A stretch of DNA of 53,251 bases. Source: Bacteroidales bacterium (GTDB taxonomy: Bacteria; Bacteroidota; Bacteroidia; Bacteroidales; UBA3663). This document shows positions 1-9,381 of the stretch, one piece after another. The translations under genes and the position numbers were made by a program. Each line of letters begins with the position of its first letter. Within the stretch, counting starts at the first letter, position 1. Under the pieces are notes generated by a model. It was not told where the DNA came from. It ran no database searches and was given only the letters and a program-made list of their open reading frames with translations. Location: NCBI GenBank assembly GCA_017632695.1, contig JAGBQS010000301.1, positions 1-53,251 of the forward strand, read 5' to 3'.

Positions 1-279
1 CGGCACGATGAGGTGTCCGCCGCCCTGGGCCGACAGTTCCTTCATAGCCTTGCGGAAAGCTTCGGTATTGAGGGTCACGCCATCGCCCACACCGCCAAAC
101 TCGGTGATGCAGCGTTCGGTGGCAGGGATGTCCGGACGCGACAGCGTCGGCATCTCAAACGGCAAGTTGCATGTGTATGCGCTGAAGTCGGTGTCGGAAG
201 GGGTTGCCGTCTCGCATTGGCATGCTGCCAGCGTAAGCATACCTAAAGAAATAAAAGCTCCTAAGAAAAACTTTTTCAT
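1..279 (-). CDS. GH28-like (polygalacturonase-type, pectin-lyase fold) lipoprotein, N-terminal fragment; the gene runs off the left edge
   Basis: Absent from the ORF track because it is truncated. A reverse-strand ATG at 279-277 stays open to position 1 (93 codons). The translation is MKKFFLGAFISLGMLTLAAC (lipobox LAAC) ... ITEFGGVGDGVTLNTEAFRKAMKELSAQGGGHLIVP, which is the G-GDG-T-NT...GGG...VP opening typical of GH28 enzymes. Confidence 0.55.
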   Translation of the reverse strand, partial: MKKFFLGAFISLGMLTLAACQCETATPSDTDFSAYTCNLPFEMPTLSRPDIPATERCITEFGGVGDGVTLNTEAFRKAMKELSAQGGGHLIVP

Positions 280-333
280 TTGAGTTATGGTTTTGAGGTT
301 AGTATTTGTTGGATTCCAGGTTTTCACGAAGGG

Positions 334-1554
334 TCAGTCACCGGTCAGCACCCGGGCAGGTGAGATGCGGGCCACCAGCGCCGAAGGTCCCAGCAGCATA
401 AGCAGCGTGATGAGCAGCGTCCCGGCGTTCAGCGCCGCCACATGCCACCATTCCAGTCCGATGGGAACCCATTCCAGATAGTAGTTTTCGGCATCGAGGG
501 CTACCGGATGCCACCACGCCTGTATGGCGCACAGACTGAGTCCGATGAGGTTGCCCCAAATCATGCCTTGCAGGGTCAGGAAAGTGGCTACCCAGACAAA
601 CGTGCGGCGCAACTGTCCGTTACTGCAACCCTGTGCCTTCAGGATGGCAATCATTTGAGTGCGTTCCAGGATGATTATCAGCAGCCCGCTTATCATCGTG
701 AAGGCCGATACCACAGCCATCAGACCCAGAATGACCCATACGTTGGTGTCGAGCAGGTCGAGCCACCCGAAGATCTGCGGGTTCTGTTGCTCGAGGGTCT
801 GCACCATATAGGGCGTCCCTTGCCGGTCGATGGTCTGGCTGCAGTTCCGGCTGATATCATAGTAGGCATTTTCAAGTTGACCGAAGTCGTGAAGCCGGAT
901 GTCGATGCCGCTTGCCATATCGGGATCCCATCCGCTTTTCTGGCGCAGCAGACCTATATTGCCCAGTACCACCTGCGAGTCGTATTCGTTGAAGTGTGTC
1001 TGGTAGGTGCCGGCTACCGTCAGGGTGGCCGATTTCACTGAGGCATCCATCGGTCCGTATTCCAGGCTGTTCTGCGGCTGGTTGTTCTGTACAAAGTAGA
1101 GCGTCAGCCGGTCGCCTTTCCGGAGCTGCATCTTTCGGGCAATGGTTTCCGAAATCCGGATCTCGCGTTCGTCCACATCGGCGCTCCTTACTACTACGGA
1201 GAGAAAGTCATTATCGGTTTTCAGCACCGCAGGCTTGGTAATGAAGGGTTCTGCCGAGGCCACATCGGGCAGGGCGCGGAGTTCATCGAGCAAAGAGTCG
1301 TTGTAGCAGATGGGCAGTTTCTCGAAGGTGCGGTTCGAAGTGAGAGCCAGCAGCTCCAGGTGTCCGCCAAACGATGCGATCTTGTTCCTTACCTCTTCCT
1401 TGAAACCCACCACTACGGCTACAGTAAGCAGCATCACCGCCAAGCCGATGGCAATGCCGGCGATGGCAATGCGTATGGCAGGCGGTGACACGCGCTGTGT
1501 GTCGTCGCCTTTCGAGAAGTGTATTCTCTTAGCAAGGAAAAATGCGAGCGACAA
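334..1554 (-). CDS. FtsX-like ABC transporter permease (LolC/LolE-type lipoprotein-release permease family)
   Basis: 406 aa. It has an N-terminal TM helix (AIAGIAIGLAVMLLTVAVVVGF), a large periplasmic domain, and C-terminal FtsX-type TM helices (VILGLMAVVSAFTMISGLLIIILERTQMIAILKAQG). Confidence 0.8.
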   Translation of the reverse strand: MSLAFFLAKRIHFSKGDDTQRVSPPAIRIAIAGIAIGLAVMLLTVAVVVGFKEEVRNKIASFGGHLELLALTSNRTFEKLPICYNDSLLDELRALPDVASAEPFITKPAVLKTDNDFLSVVVRSADVDEREIRISETIARKMQLRKGDRLTLYFVQNNQPQNSLEYGPMDASVKSATLTVAGTYQTHFNEYDSQVVLGNIGLLRQKSGWDPDMASGIDIRLHDFGQLENAYYDISRNCSQTIDRQGTPYMVQTLEQQNPQIFGWLDLLDTNVWVILGLMAVVSAFTMISGLLIIILERTQMIAILKAQGCSNGQLRRTFVWVATFLTLQGMIWGNLIGLSLCAIQAWWHPVALDAENYYLEWVPIGLEWWHVAALNAGTLLITLLMLLGPSALVARISPARVLTGD

Positions 1555-1616
1555 ATGAAAACAATTATAGGGTTCAAATTAACTGTGTAATCAGCATAGT
1601 CTGAAGAAAACGTCCG

Positions 1617-2843
1617 TTACTTGCCTTCTTCAACCTCGTCCTGATTCATGACGGTTGCCTGATAAACTTTCAGGGCCTTTGCCAGCACGATGAGTGCGCG
1701 CTTCAGGTCGTCCTTGTTCAGACAGTATGCCATACGGACTTCGTTCTTGCCCTTGCCGGGTGTGACGTAGAAGCCGTTGCCGGGAGCCATCATCACGGTG
1801 CAGCCCTCAAACTCGAAGTCGCTGAGACACCAGGAACAGAACTTCTCGGCATCGTCAACAGGCAGTTTTACCATTGTATAGAACGCACCCATAGGGATTG
1901 GCGAATAGACGCCCTCGATGCGGTTCAGTCCGTCGATGAGGAACTTACGGCGCTCTACGTATTCGTCGTAGGTGTCGAGCATATACTCCGGATCGGCATC
2001 AATGGAGGCTTCGGCCACAATCTGTCCGATGAGCGGTGGCGACAGACGTGCCTGACAGAACTTCATGATGTTCTGGCGAACGGCGGCGTTCTTGGTAACA
2101 ATCGAACCCACGCGGATGCCGGTTTCCGAATAGCGCTTCGAAACAGAATCAATCAGGATGACGTTCTGCTCGATCCCTTCAAGATGGCAGGCCGAGATGT
2201 AGGGTGCACCCGTGTAGCAGAACTCGCGGTAAACCTCGTCGGAGAAGAGGAACAGGTCGTGCTTCTTTACGATGTCGCGCAACTGGTTCATCTCCTTGCG
2301 GCTGTACAGGTAGCCCGTCGGGTTATTGGGGTTACAGATCAGGATACCCTTGGTGCGCGGCGTAATCAGTTTCTCGAATTCTTCCATCGGGGGCAAGGCA
2401 AAACCTTCCTCGATCGAGGTCGGAATGGACTTGATGGTTGCGCCGGCTACGATGGCGAAGCTCATGTAGTTGGCGTAGGCAGGTTCGGGTACAATCAGCT
2501 CGTCACCCGGATTGAGGCACGACATAAAAGCGAACAGCACCGCCTCCGAGCCGCCGGTGGTGATGATGATGTCCTCCAAGTTTACGTTAATCTTGAAGCG
2601 GTGGTAGTAGTTCAGCAACTTTTCGCGCAAGGGCAGAATGCCCTCCGACGGAGAGTACTCCAGAATCTTGCGGTCGATGTGTTTCAGCGAGTCAAGACCG
2701 GCCTGCATGGTAGGCAGGTCTGGCTGACCGATGTTGAGGTGATAAACCTTGATGCCTCGTTTCTTGGCAGCGTTTGCCAAAGGAACGAGTTTGCGGATTG
2801 GCGATTGCGGCATGAGTTTGCCGCGTTCTGAAATATCGGGCAT
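1617..2843 (-). CDS. Pyridoxal-phosphate-dependent aminotransferase, class I/II (aspartate/aromatic type)
   Basis: 408 aa. Motifs include PIRKL...INLNIGQPD-like (YHLNIGQPDLPT), NPNNPTG and the SVSKRYS PLP-lysine motif. Confidence 0.9.
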   Translation of the reverse strand: MPDISERGKLMPQSPIRKLVPLANAAKKRGIKVYHLNIGQPDLPTMQAGLDSLKHIDRKILEYSPSEGILPLREKLLNYYHRFKINVNLEDIIITTGGSEAVLFAFMSCLNPGDELIVPEPAYANYMSFAIVAGATIKSIPTSIEEGFALPPMEEFEKLITPRTKGILICNPNNPTGYLYSRKEMNQLRDIVKKHDLFLFSDEVYREFCYTGAPYISACHLEGIEQNVILIDSVSKRYSETGIRVGSIVTKNAAVRQNIMKFCQARLSPPLIGQIVAEASIDADPEYMLDTYDEYVERRKFLIDGLNRIEGVYSPIPMGAFYTMVKLPVDDAEKFCSWCLSDFEFEGCTVMMAPGNGFYVTPGKGKNEVRMAYCLNKDDLKRALIVLAKALKVYQATVMNQDEVEEGK

Positions 2844-2863
2844 TGTATTAAATATTTTGCGCG

Positions 2864-2871
2864 CAAATTTA
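2864..2871 (-). promoter_or_regulatory. Bacteroidota -7 promoter motif (TAAATTTG on the minus strand) for the aminotransferase/permease operon
   Basis: The plus strand reads CAAATTTA, the reverse complement of TAnnTTTG. It lies 21 nt upstream of the ATG at 2843. Confidence 0.45.
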
Positions 2872-2957
2872 CACTATTTTGCCGAAATGACCAAATTTTC
2901 AGTCTGAAAAGTGGAATCCGGCCTTGTTTTTAAGACGTTTTGCTATCAAATGACAGG

Positions 2958-4004
2958 TTATCGGATGCCGTTGCGGCGAAGAGCCTGATGGTAGCGTTGG
3001 GCGTTTCGGTTGTGTTCGGTCAGCGTGTTTGCAAAATTATGCAGTCCTGAAAAGTCCTCTTTGGCACACATATAAAGGTACGTGTGAGGCTGGCTGTTCA
3101 GAAAAGCATCGATGCTGGCTTTTTCCACAACGCGGATCGGTCCGGGCGGCAGTCCCGGGTGCAGGTAGGTGTTGTAGGGCGATGGGGTCTGCAGATGCCT
3201 GGTCAGGATACGTCGCAGGGTCGGATCGCCTACGGCAAACTTCACTGTCGGGTCGGCCTGCAGAGGCATGCCGCGTTGCAGGCGGTTCCAATACAGACGG
3301 GCAACCGTTCCCCGTTCCTGACGGTTGGCGGTTTCTTCTTCGGCAATACTGCACACGATGCTTACTTCCTGTGGCGTCAGTCCCAATCCGGCGGCTTTTT
3401 GCAAACGATCTCCGTTCCAGAAGCGATGGTATTCGGAAAGCATTCTTTGCATCAGTTTCCGGGGCGGGATATTCCAATAGACCTCGTAGGTATCGGGCAG
3501 CAGGAAACTGGCTACGTTGGCGCTGTCACATTCGCAGAGGGCGAGGAATTCCGGGTCGAAGATGGCTTGCATCAAGGCTGCCGAATCGGCTTCCACGCAA
3601 CGTGCCATGCGTCCGGCCAGATCCTCAACCGTGCGTGTGCCGATAAAGGTCAGCCGTACCGCATCCTGCTGATGATGCGTTATCTTCCGGAGCACATCGG
3701 CCATACTGGCGCCGGCCTTCATCCGGTATGCACCATCGATGCCTCGTTGCAGGCTTTCGTCCAGGTGATAGAGGCGGAAAGCTGCGTCGGCCCAGAAACC
3801 TCGAGTGTCGGCGCCGCCGTCTTGGGCCAGCTGATCGAGTACACGGTGGGCATCATCGCCTTGCCGCACATACACCCAACAGTCGCGTTCCACCCAGGGC
3901 TTGCGTTTCAGCTGTATGTAACCATAAGCGGCTATGCCTCCTGCTACGATGATCAGTACCGCGATGACGGCTATAAAAACAAATAATGTCCGTTTCCGAT
4001 TCAT
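2958..4004 (-). CDS. mltG: Endolytic murein transglycosylase MltG (YceG-like)
   Basis: N-terminal TM anchor (LFVFIAVIAVLIIVAGGIAAYGY), YceG-family body, and the C-terminal YNTYLHPGLPPGPI motif. I moved the start to MNRKRT (4004) because a -7 promoter motif sits inside the longer ORF extension. Confidence 0.9.
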   Translation of the reverse strand: MNRKRTLFVFIAVIAVLIIVAGGIAAYGYIQLKRKPWVERDCWVYVRQGDDAHRVLDQLAQDGGADTRGFWADAAFRLYHLDESLQRGIDGAYRMKAGASMADVLRKITHHQQDAVRLTFIGTRTVEDLAGRMARCVEADSAALMQAIFDPEFLALCECDSANVASFLLPDTYEVYWNIPPRKLMQRMLSEYHRFWNGDRLQKAAGLGLTPQEVSIVCSIAEEETANRQERGTVARLYWNRLQRGMPLQADPTVKFAVGDPTLRRILTRHLQTPSPYNTYLHPGLPPGPIRVVEKASIDAFLNSQPHTYLYMCAKEDFSGLHNFANTLTEHNRNAQRYHQALRRNGIR

Positions 4005-4026
4005 GTCTTGCTTTAGTTTTCGGGTG

Positions 4027-4034
4027 CAAAGATA
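4027..4034 (-). promoter_or_regulatory. Bacteroidota -7 promoter motif (TATCTTTG on the minus strand) for mltG
   Basis: The plus strand reads CAAAGATA. It lies 23 nt upstream of the ATG at 4004. Confidence 0.45.
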
Positions 4035-4297
4035 CACATTTTTTCGGAAACGGACGAAGAATAAAGTATAAAAATGATGAAAAATGGTATATTCAGAAAA
4101 AATGCAGGCTGACGCATCGCAATAAAAGGGTGCCCCAACGGAGCAGTTTTTGTCGCCAGACGTGGAAAAACTTTTTTTCAGGTGAGGCGGAAAAATTTTT
4201 CAGGTAGGGCAGTAAAAACGCCTTCAAAAGGCCGTTCTGCGGGCTATGGACAGAGACTGCGAAAAAATGCATAAAATAATTGCATAAAGGTATACAT

Positions 4298-4338
4298 AAA
4301 ACAGCAAAGGCAGCCATTGAGGACTGCCTTTGCTGTTT
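4298..4338 (-). terminator. Rho-independent terminator downstream of rfbB
   Basis: Perfect 13-bp stem ACAGCAAAGGCAG / CTGCCTTTGCTGT with a 10-nt loop. On the minus strand it is followed by TTTTATGTATA. It lies about 70 nt after the rfbB stop. Confidence 0.75.
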
Positions 4339-4408
4339 ATAGTTTCTCGAATTAATATGCCTTGCAGTAGCAGGACGTATTACCGGACTTTTGCCCGATG
4401 CGGAACAG

Positions 4409-5548
4409 TTATCTGTTCGAATACATGCTTTCGTAGTACTTCTCGTACTCGCCCGAAGTGATGTTGTCCATCCAGGCCTGATTGTCAAGGTACCAGCGGA
4501 CGGTCTTCTCGATGCCTTCCTCAAATTGGAGTGAGGGTTCCCAGCCGAGTTCTTTCTGGAGCTTGGTCGAGTCGATGGCATAGCGGGCATCGTGGCCGAG
4601 ACGGTCTGTAACGTAGGTGATGAGGTCGAGGTCTTCGCCCTCTTTGCGACCCAGCAGACGGTCGACGGTCTTGATGACTACCTTGATAATGTCAATGTTC
4701 TTCCACTCGTTGAAGCCGCCGATATTGTAGGTTTCGGCGATGGTTCCCTGGTGGAAGATGATGTCGATGGCACGGGCATGATCCTCGACGAACAGCCAGT
4801 CGCGCACGTTCTCGCCCTTACCGTAAACAGGCAACGGCTTGCGGTGACGGATGTTGTTGATGAAGAGCGGAATCAGCTTCTCGGGGAACTGGTAGGGACC
4901 GTAGTTGTTCGAGCAGTTGGTTACAATGGTAGGCATGCCGTAAGTATCGTGGAAAGCGCGCACGAAGTGATCGGAGCTTGCCTTCGAAGCAGAATATGGC
5001 GAGTGCGGATTGTACTTGGTAGTCTCGTAGAAGAAGTCTGTTCCGTAAGCCAGATGATGCTCGGAGCTGCTGGCGGTAGTGGTAAACGGAGGCTTGATGC
5101 CTTCAGGCTTGTCCATCTGGAGCGCGCCGTATACCTCGTCGGTCGAGATGTGATAAAAACGCTTGCCCTCGTATTTTTCGGGCAGCGATTCCCAATACAG
5201 TTTGGCTGCCTGCAGGAGGCTGAGGGTGCCCATCACGTTGGTGCGGGCAAAAGTGAACGGATCCTTGATGGAACGGTCCACGTGGCTTTCGGCTGCCAGA
5301 TGGATGATGCCGTCAATGTGCTCGTCCTGCATCAGCTGGTAGAAGGCATCGAAGTCGCAGATGTCCATTTTCACGAACTTGTAGTTCGGCTTGTCTTCCA
5401 CATCCTTCAGGTTGGCCAGATTGCCGGCGTAGGTCAGCTTATCGAGGTTGATAATGTTGTACTCCGGATACTTGTTTACAAAGAGACGCACCACATGACT
5501 GCCGATAAATCCGGCACCACCGGTGATTACGATATTGCGTTTAGCCAT
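4409..5548 (-). CDS. rfbB: dTDP-glucose 4,6-dehydratase
   Basis: 379 aa. Contains the ITGGAGFIGSH Rossmann motif, a YSASKASSDH catalytic YxxxK, and the long Bacteroidota-type RmlB layout. Confidence 0.95.
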   Translation of the reverse strand: MAKRNIVITGGAGFIGSHVVRLFVNKYPEYNIINLDKLTYAGNLANLKDVEDKPNYKFVKMDICDFDAFYQLMQDEHIDGIIHLAAESHVDRSIKDPFTFARTNVMGTLSLLQAAKLYWESLPEKYEGKRFYHISTDEVYGALQMDKPEGIKPPFTTTASSSEHHLAYGTDFFYETTKYNPHSPYSASKASSDHFVRAFHDTYGMPTIVTNCSNNYGPYQFPEKLIPLFINNIRHRKPLPVYGKGENVRDWLFVEDHARAIDIIFHQGTIAETYNIGGFNEWKNIDIIKVVIKTVDRLLGRKEGEDLDLITYVTDRLGHDARYAIDSTKLQKELGWEPSLQFEEGIEKTVRWYLDNQAWMDNITSGEYEKYYESMYSNR

Positions 5549-5645
5549 AATTAGAGAAAATCTTTATTTTGAGTTAATATTGTCGATTGGATTGGTAAGT
5601 CCCCCTTTAAGGGATATTTAGAGGGTCTTTAGAGGGTCTCTTTTT

Positions 5646-6548
5646 TTAGAGGGCCTTTCTTCCGTCCCTCTCAATTTCGTCGATGACCTTCAGCAGGTAC
5701 TGACCGTACTGGTTCTTGATCATCGGTTGGGCAAGGGCGCGCATCTTAGGTTCGTCGATCCAGCCTTGACGGTAGGCGATACCCTCCAGGCAGGCTACCT
5801 TCAGACCCTGTCGTTTTTCGATGACCTCGATGAAAGTCGACGCCTCAGAAAGCGAGTCGTGCGTGCCTGTATCAAGCCAGGCAAAGCCTCGTCCGAGGGT
5901 CTGTACGAGCAGTTCTTTGTCGTTGAGGAACCATTGGTTGACGGTAGTGATTTCCAGTTCTCCGCGTGCCGACGGTTTAATCTGCTTGGCCACATCGACC
6001 ACTTTGTTCGGATAGAAATAGAGACCCACAACCGCATAGTTACTCTTAGGCTGTGCGGGTTTTTCCTCGATGGACAGACAGTTGCCCTGTTTGTCGAATT
6101 CTGCCACACCATAGCGTTCGGGATCGTTTACCCAGTAACCGAAGACGGTAGCTTTCCGGTTTTCTTCGGCATCCTGTACGGCTTTTTTGAGTAATCCGGT
6201 GAAGCCGGTTCCGTGGAAGATATTGTCGCCCAATACGAGGCAGACGCTATCGTTGCCGATGAATTTCTCGCCAATGATGAAAGCCTGAGCCAATCCATCG
6301 GGTGAAGGCTGTTCGGCGTATTCGAAGTGCACGCCGTAGTCCGAACCGTCGCCCAGCAGACGTTTGAATCCGGGCAGATCGTATGGGGTGGATATAATCA
6401 AAATATCGCGGATGCCGGCCAGCATCAGTACCGAAATCGGGTAATAAACCATCGGCTTGTCATAAATCGGCAAGAGCTGTTTGCTCACACCTTTTGTGAT
6501 TGGGTAAAGGCGGGTTCCACTGCCTCCTGCAAGTACAATTCCTTTCAT
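5646..6548 (-). CDS. rfbA: Glucose-1-phosphate thymidylyltransferase
   Basis: 300 aa. Begins [37 protein letters not shown], the canonical RmlA N-terminus. Confidence 0.95.
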   Translation of the reverse strand: MKGIVLAGGSGTRLYPITKGVSKQLLPIYDKPMVYYPISVLMLAGIRDILIISTPYDLPGFKRLLGDGSDYGVHFEYAEQPSPDGLAQAFIIGEKFIGNDSVCLVLGDNIFHGTGFTGLLKKAVQDAEENRKATVFGYWVNDPERYGVAEFDKQGNCLSIEEKPAQPKSNYAVVGLYFYPNKVVDVAKQIKPSARGELEITTVNQWFLNDKELLVQTLGRGFAWLDTGTHDSLSEASTFIEVIEKRQGLKVACLEGIAYRQGWIDEPKMRALAQPMIKNQYGQYLLKVIDEIERDGRKAL

Positions 6549-6626
6549 AAAAATTCGTTTTTAACTTTCCTTCTTCAATCGGAAACGACTTCATGTTCAG
6601 GGGTAGTGCCATTCCGTTTTTCGGCA

Positions 6627-6634
6627 CAAATGTA
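6627..6634 (-). promoter_or_regulatory. -7 promoter motif (TACATTTG on the minus strand) for rfbA-rfbB
   Basis: The plus strand reads CAAATGTA, about 80 nt upstream of the rfbA ATG. Confidence 0.4.
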
Positions 6635-6708
6635 CTGAAAATATCAATAAGTCGGTGCAATATCCCGAAAAAATCAGTAAATTCTTGAAACAATTGTCGT
6701 AAAATTTG

Positions 6709-6716
6709 TATTTTTG
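6709..6716 (+). promoter_or_regulatory. -7 promoter motif TATTTTTG for the porin-like gene
   Basis: Exact TAnnTTTG match. It lies inside the spurious N-terminal extension of ORF 6706-7470. Confidence 0.45.
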
Positions 6717-6804
6717 CTCAAGATTCATTACATTTGCACCGTTAATTAACAATCCCTATTGTTATAATTGCAGTTTTTTTAAGATCCACAAAACTTTTAT
6801 CAAA

Positions 6805-7470
6805 ATGAAGAAACTTTTCTTTTCATTGCTTTTGGCCACAGGCCTGATGACGGTCAGCTCGGCCGCTTTTGCACAGAAAGACATCCTGAATGATCTTCCT
6901 CCTTACAAGTTGGGTTTGGTTGCCGGTATGAATGCTTCATCGTTCTCGCACGACGGCTACGACGGCAAGTTCGGTTTCCACGTTGGTATCAACGCTCTGT
7001 TCGATGCGTCGGAGCTGATTAAGGATACCTATGTCCGCACAGAGTTGCTCTTCCAGCGCAAGGGTGCCCGTGGAGCCTTGTTGTCAAGTGCCTCGCCCGT
7101 AGTTGATTCGGACGTAAGATTCCGTACATGCTATTTGGAACTTCCTGTTCACTACGGTTATGCCTATGCCCTGAACTCCGACTGGACCTCGTTCGGCGAG
7201 ACCGGTCCTTACGTTGCTCTGGGTTTGGGCGGACGTATTCATGGCGAGGACGGTTTGGGCAACAAAGTCAGCAGCAAGTTCTTTACTAACGAGTATGCCG
7301 GCAATGATGATCCCAATAACTTCGACCTTGGCTGGGGTCTGCACTTGGGAACTATCTTCCAGCAGAAGCACGAACTGAAAATCGGCTGGGACTGGGGTCT
7401 CATCAACATGAACGATACCTTCGAGCAGAACCGCAACTTCATGGTAAGCTACGGCTTCTATTTCCAATAA
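6805..7470 (+). CDS. Small outer-membrane beta-barrel (porin-family / OmpW-OmpA-like) protein
   Basis: The start is set at MKKLFFSLLLATGLMTVSSAAFAQ (signal peptide). The body has alternating-hydrophobic beta-strand character and a C-terminal aromatic residue pattern (...VSYGFYFQ). Confidence 0.7.
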   Translation: MKKLFFSLLLATGLMTVSSAAFAQKDILNDLPPYKLGLVAGMNASSFSHDGYDGKFGFHVGINALFDASELIKDTYVRTELLFQRKGARGALLSSASPVVDSDVRFRTCYLELPVHYGYAYALNSDWTSFGETGPYVALGLGGRIHGEDGLGNKVSSKFFTNEYAGNDDPNNFDLGWGLHLGTIFQQKHELKIGWDWGLINMNDTFEQNRNFMVSYGFYFQ

Positions 7471-7530
7471 AACAGTCCGGTACTAATAAAACGGAACAAT
7501 CCTGACCGGATTTTGTCCCGTTAACAAAAC

Positions 7531-9324
7531 ATGCGTATGGCGGCACTCCAGAGCTATCTGCAGATAGACGGTCTTACCAAGTCGTTCGGCGATCTGGTTC
7601 TGTTCGAAAACATCTCGCTGGGTATCAGCGAGGGCGATCGGGTAGGACTCATTGCCCGTAACGGGTCGGGTAAGACCACCTTGCTCAATATTATAGCCGG
7701 CAAGGAAGGCTACGATGAAGGCTCGATTGTGTTCCGCAACGACCTCCGTACCGACTATCTCAGCCAGGATCCGGAGTTCCCGCCACACGTTACCGTTGCA
7801 CAGGTTTGCGGCGATAATGCCGAAATGGTGCATATTCTGACCCGGCTGAAGGTAACCGATTTGGACCAGCCCGTTGCCCAGCTTTCGGGCGGACAGCGCA
7901 AACGGCTGGCTTTGGCCAGGGTGCTGACCGACAAGCCTCAGTTCCTGATGCTCGACGAGCCCACCAATCACCTGGACCTCGATATGGTGGAGTGGCTGGA
8001 AGATTACCTCCAGCACACCCGGACTACCCTGCTGATGGTAACGCACGACCGTTACTTTCTGGATCACGTCTGCAACCGGATTGTGGAACTGGCCGATAAG
8101 ACCCTCTATACTTACAAGGGCAATTATGCCTATTATCTGGAGAAACGCCAGGAACGCATCTCGGCACAGAATGTTTTGGTGGAACGCGCCAACAACCTGC
8201 TCCGCACCGAGCTGGACTGGATGCGACGCCAGCCGCAGGCCCGCGGACACAAGAGCCGCAGCCGTATAGAGGCTTTTTACGAACTTGAAGAACGCGCACG
8301 CCGACGACACGAACAGCAGGCCGTGCGTCTGCAAATGAAGTCGAGCTACATCGGCAACAAGATCTTTGAGGCCCATCACGTATCCAAGATCTTTCCAAGC
8401 CGTACACCAGGCGAACCTGAAAAAATCATCCTGCGGGACTATAACTACACCTTTGCCCGTTACGAGAAACTGGGCATCGTGGGAGCCAACGGTGTGCGCA
8501 AAAGTACCTACCTGAAAATGCTGCTCGGACAGGTACAGCCCGACAGCGGACACTTCGATGTGGGCGAGACCGTCCGCTTCGGCTATTACAGTCAGGAGGG
8601 TCTGCAGTTCGACGAGCAGAAGAAAGTCATCGATATTGTTCGCGATATTGCCGAATATGTGCAGATGAGCGACGGGAGCCGTCTGAGTGCAACCCAGTTC
8701 CTGCAGAACTTCCTGTTCTCGCCCGAGAAACAGTACAGTTATGTGTACAAACTGAGCGGTGGCGAACGTCGGAGGCTGTACCTTTGTACCATCCTGATGC
8801 GATCGCCCAACTTCCTGATTCTGGACGAGCCCACCAACGATCTCGACATCGTGACGCTTAACGTGCTCGAAGATTATCTGCAGAACTTTGGCGGCTGTGT
8901 GATTGTGGTAAGCCACGACCGTTACTTCATGGACAAGGTGGTGGATCATCTGCTGGTATTCCGCGGTGAAGGAGAACTGCAGGATTATCCGGGCAATTAT
9001 TCCGACTGGCGCGAATGGAAGCAGCTGAAGGACCAGGAAGCCGCCGAACAGGCATCGGGCACAACCGTAGTGACAGCTCCGGCAAACGTTAAGGTGAAAA
9101 CGCCCAAGGCTCCCAGACTTTCGTTCAAGGAGAAACAGGAATTTGCCGCACTCGAAGAAGAACTGCCCCTTTTGGAGGCACAGAAACAGGAACTGGAAAC
9201 GCTTATGTCGAGCGGAACGCTGACCGGTCCTGAAATCGTAGAAAAAGGAAAACTCATGCAGCAGCTCATCGAACAGATAGACGAAAAGGAAATGCGCTGG
9301 CTTGAACTTTCGGAAAAGGCTTGA
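7531..9324 (+). CDS. ABC-F family ATPase (Uup/YheS-like, two ABC domains plus a C-terminal coiled coil)
   Basis: Two ABC signatures (LSGGQRKRLALA, LSGGERRRLYL), Walker A-type GxxGxGK motifs (ARNGSGKTT and GANGVRKST), no TM domain, and a charged coiled-coil tail. Confidence 0.9.
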   Translation: MRMAALQSYLQIDGLTKSFGDLVLFENISLGISEGDRVGLIARNGSGKTTLLNIIAGKEGYDEGSIVFRNDLRTDYLSQDPEFPPHVTVAQVCGDNAEMVHILTRLKVTDLDQPVAQLSGGQRKRLALARVLTDKPQFLMLDEPTNHLDLDMVEWLEDYLQHTRTTLLMVTHDRYFLDHVCNRIVELADKTLYTYKGNYAYYLEKRQERISAQNVLVERANNLLRTELDWMRRQPQARGHKSRSRIEAFYELEERARRRHEQQAVRLQMKSSYIGNKIFEAHHVSKIFPSRTPGEPEKIILRDYNYTFARYEKLGIVGANGVRKSTYLKMLLGQVQPDSGHFDVGETVRFGYYSQEGLQFDEQKKVIDIVRDIAEYVQMSDGSRLSATQFLQNFLFSPEKQYSYVYKLSGGERRRLYLCTILMRSPNFLILDEPTNDLDIVTLNVLEDYLQNFGGCVIVVSHDRYFMDKVVDHLLVFRGEGELQDYPGNYSDWREWKQLKDQEAAEQASGTTVVTAPANVKVKTPKAPRLSFKEKQEFAALEEELPLLEAQKQELETLMSSGTLTGPEIVEKGKLMQQLIEQIDEKEMRWLELSEKA

Positions 9325-9381
9325 TATCTTCACTTTTCTGACTTACATCAACCCTCAGACATCAAACATCAAACATCCTAC

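Noticed and set aside
4215-4227. A 13-mer, TTCAAAAGGCCGT, shared with 14603-14615.
   Set aside because: Dozens of 13-mer coincidences are expected in a window of this size, counting both strands, and the context is not conserved.
4093-4590. A 165-aa minus-strand ORF in the mltG-rfbB spacer.
   Set aside because: It overlaps the rfbB 3' end in another frame and runs through the terminator hairpin. It is Arg/Ser-rich, low-complexity, and has no promoter motif.
5600-5645. Apparent shared ~40-bp element (AGACCCTCT...CCCTTTAAGG...GGACTT) between the rfbA-rfbB spacer and 29388-29425, plus an 11-bp tandem TTTAGAGGGTC x2.
   Set aside because: The shared pieces are only 9-10-mers separated by mismatches. 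Matches of this size are expected by chance in a 53-kb window, so there is not enough to call a repeat family without a genome-wide count.
6706-6804. N-terminal extensions of ORF-track entries (6706-6804, 4005-4037, 13559-13591, 20933-21022, 27592-27645, 47224-47274, 47428-47454).
   Set aside because: Most of these extensions contain, or lie beside, the TAnnTTTG promoter motif or lack a signal peptide. The internal Met gives a canonical N-terminus (signal peptide, Rossmann motif or family-typical start).
7483-9333. A 616-aa minus-strand ORF spanning the whole ABC-F gene.
   Set aside because: It is a shadow ORF in the codon-complementary frame. The plus-strand product has unambiguous Walker A and ABC-signature motifs twice, while the antisense product is low-complexity with no motif. 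Sense-strand avoidance of TTA/CTA/TCA codons explains the missing stops.
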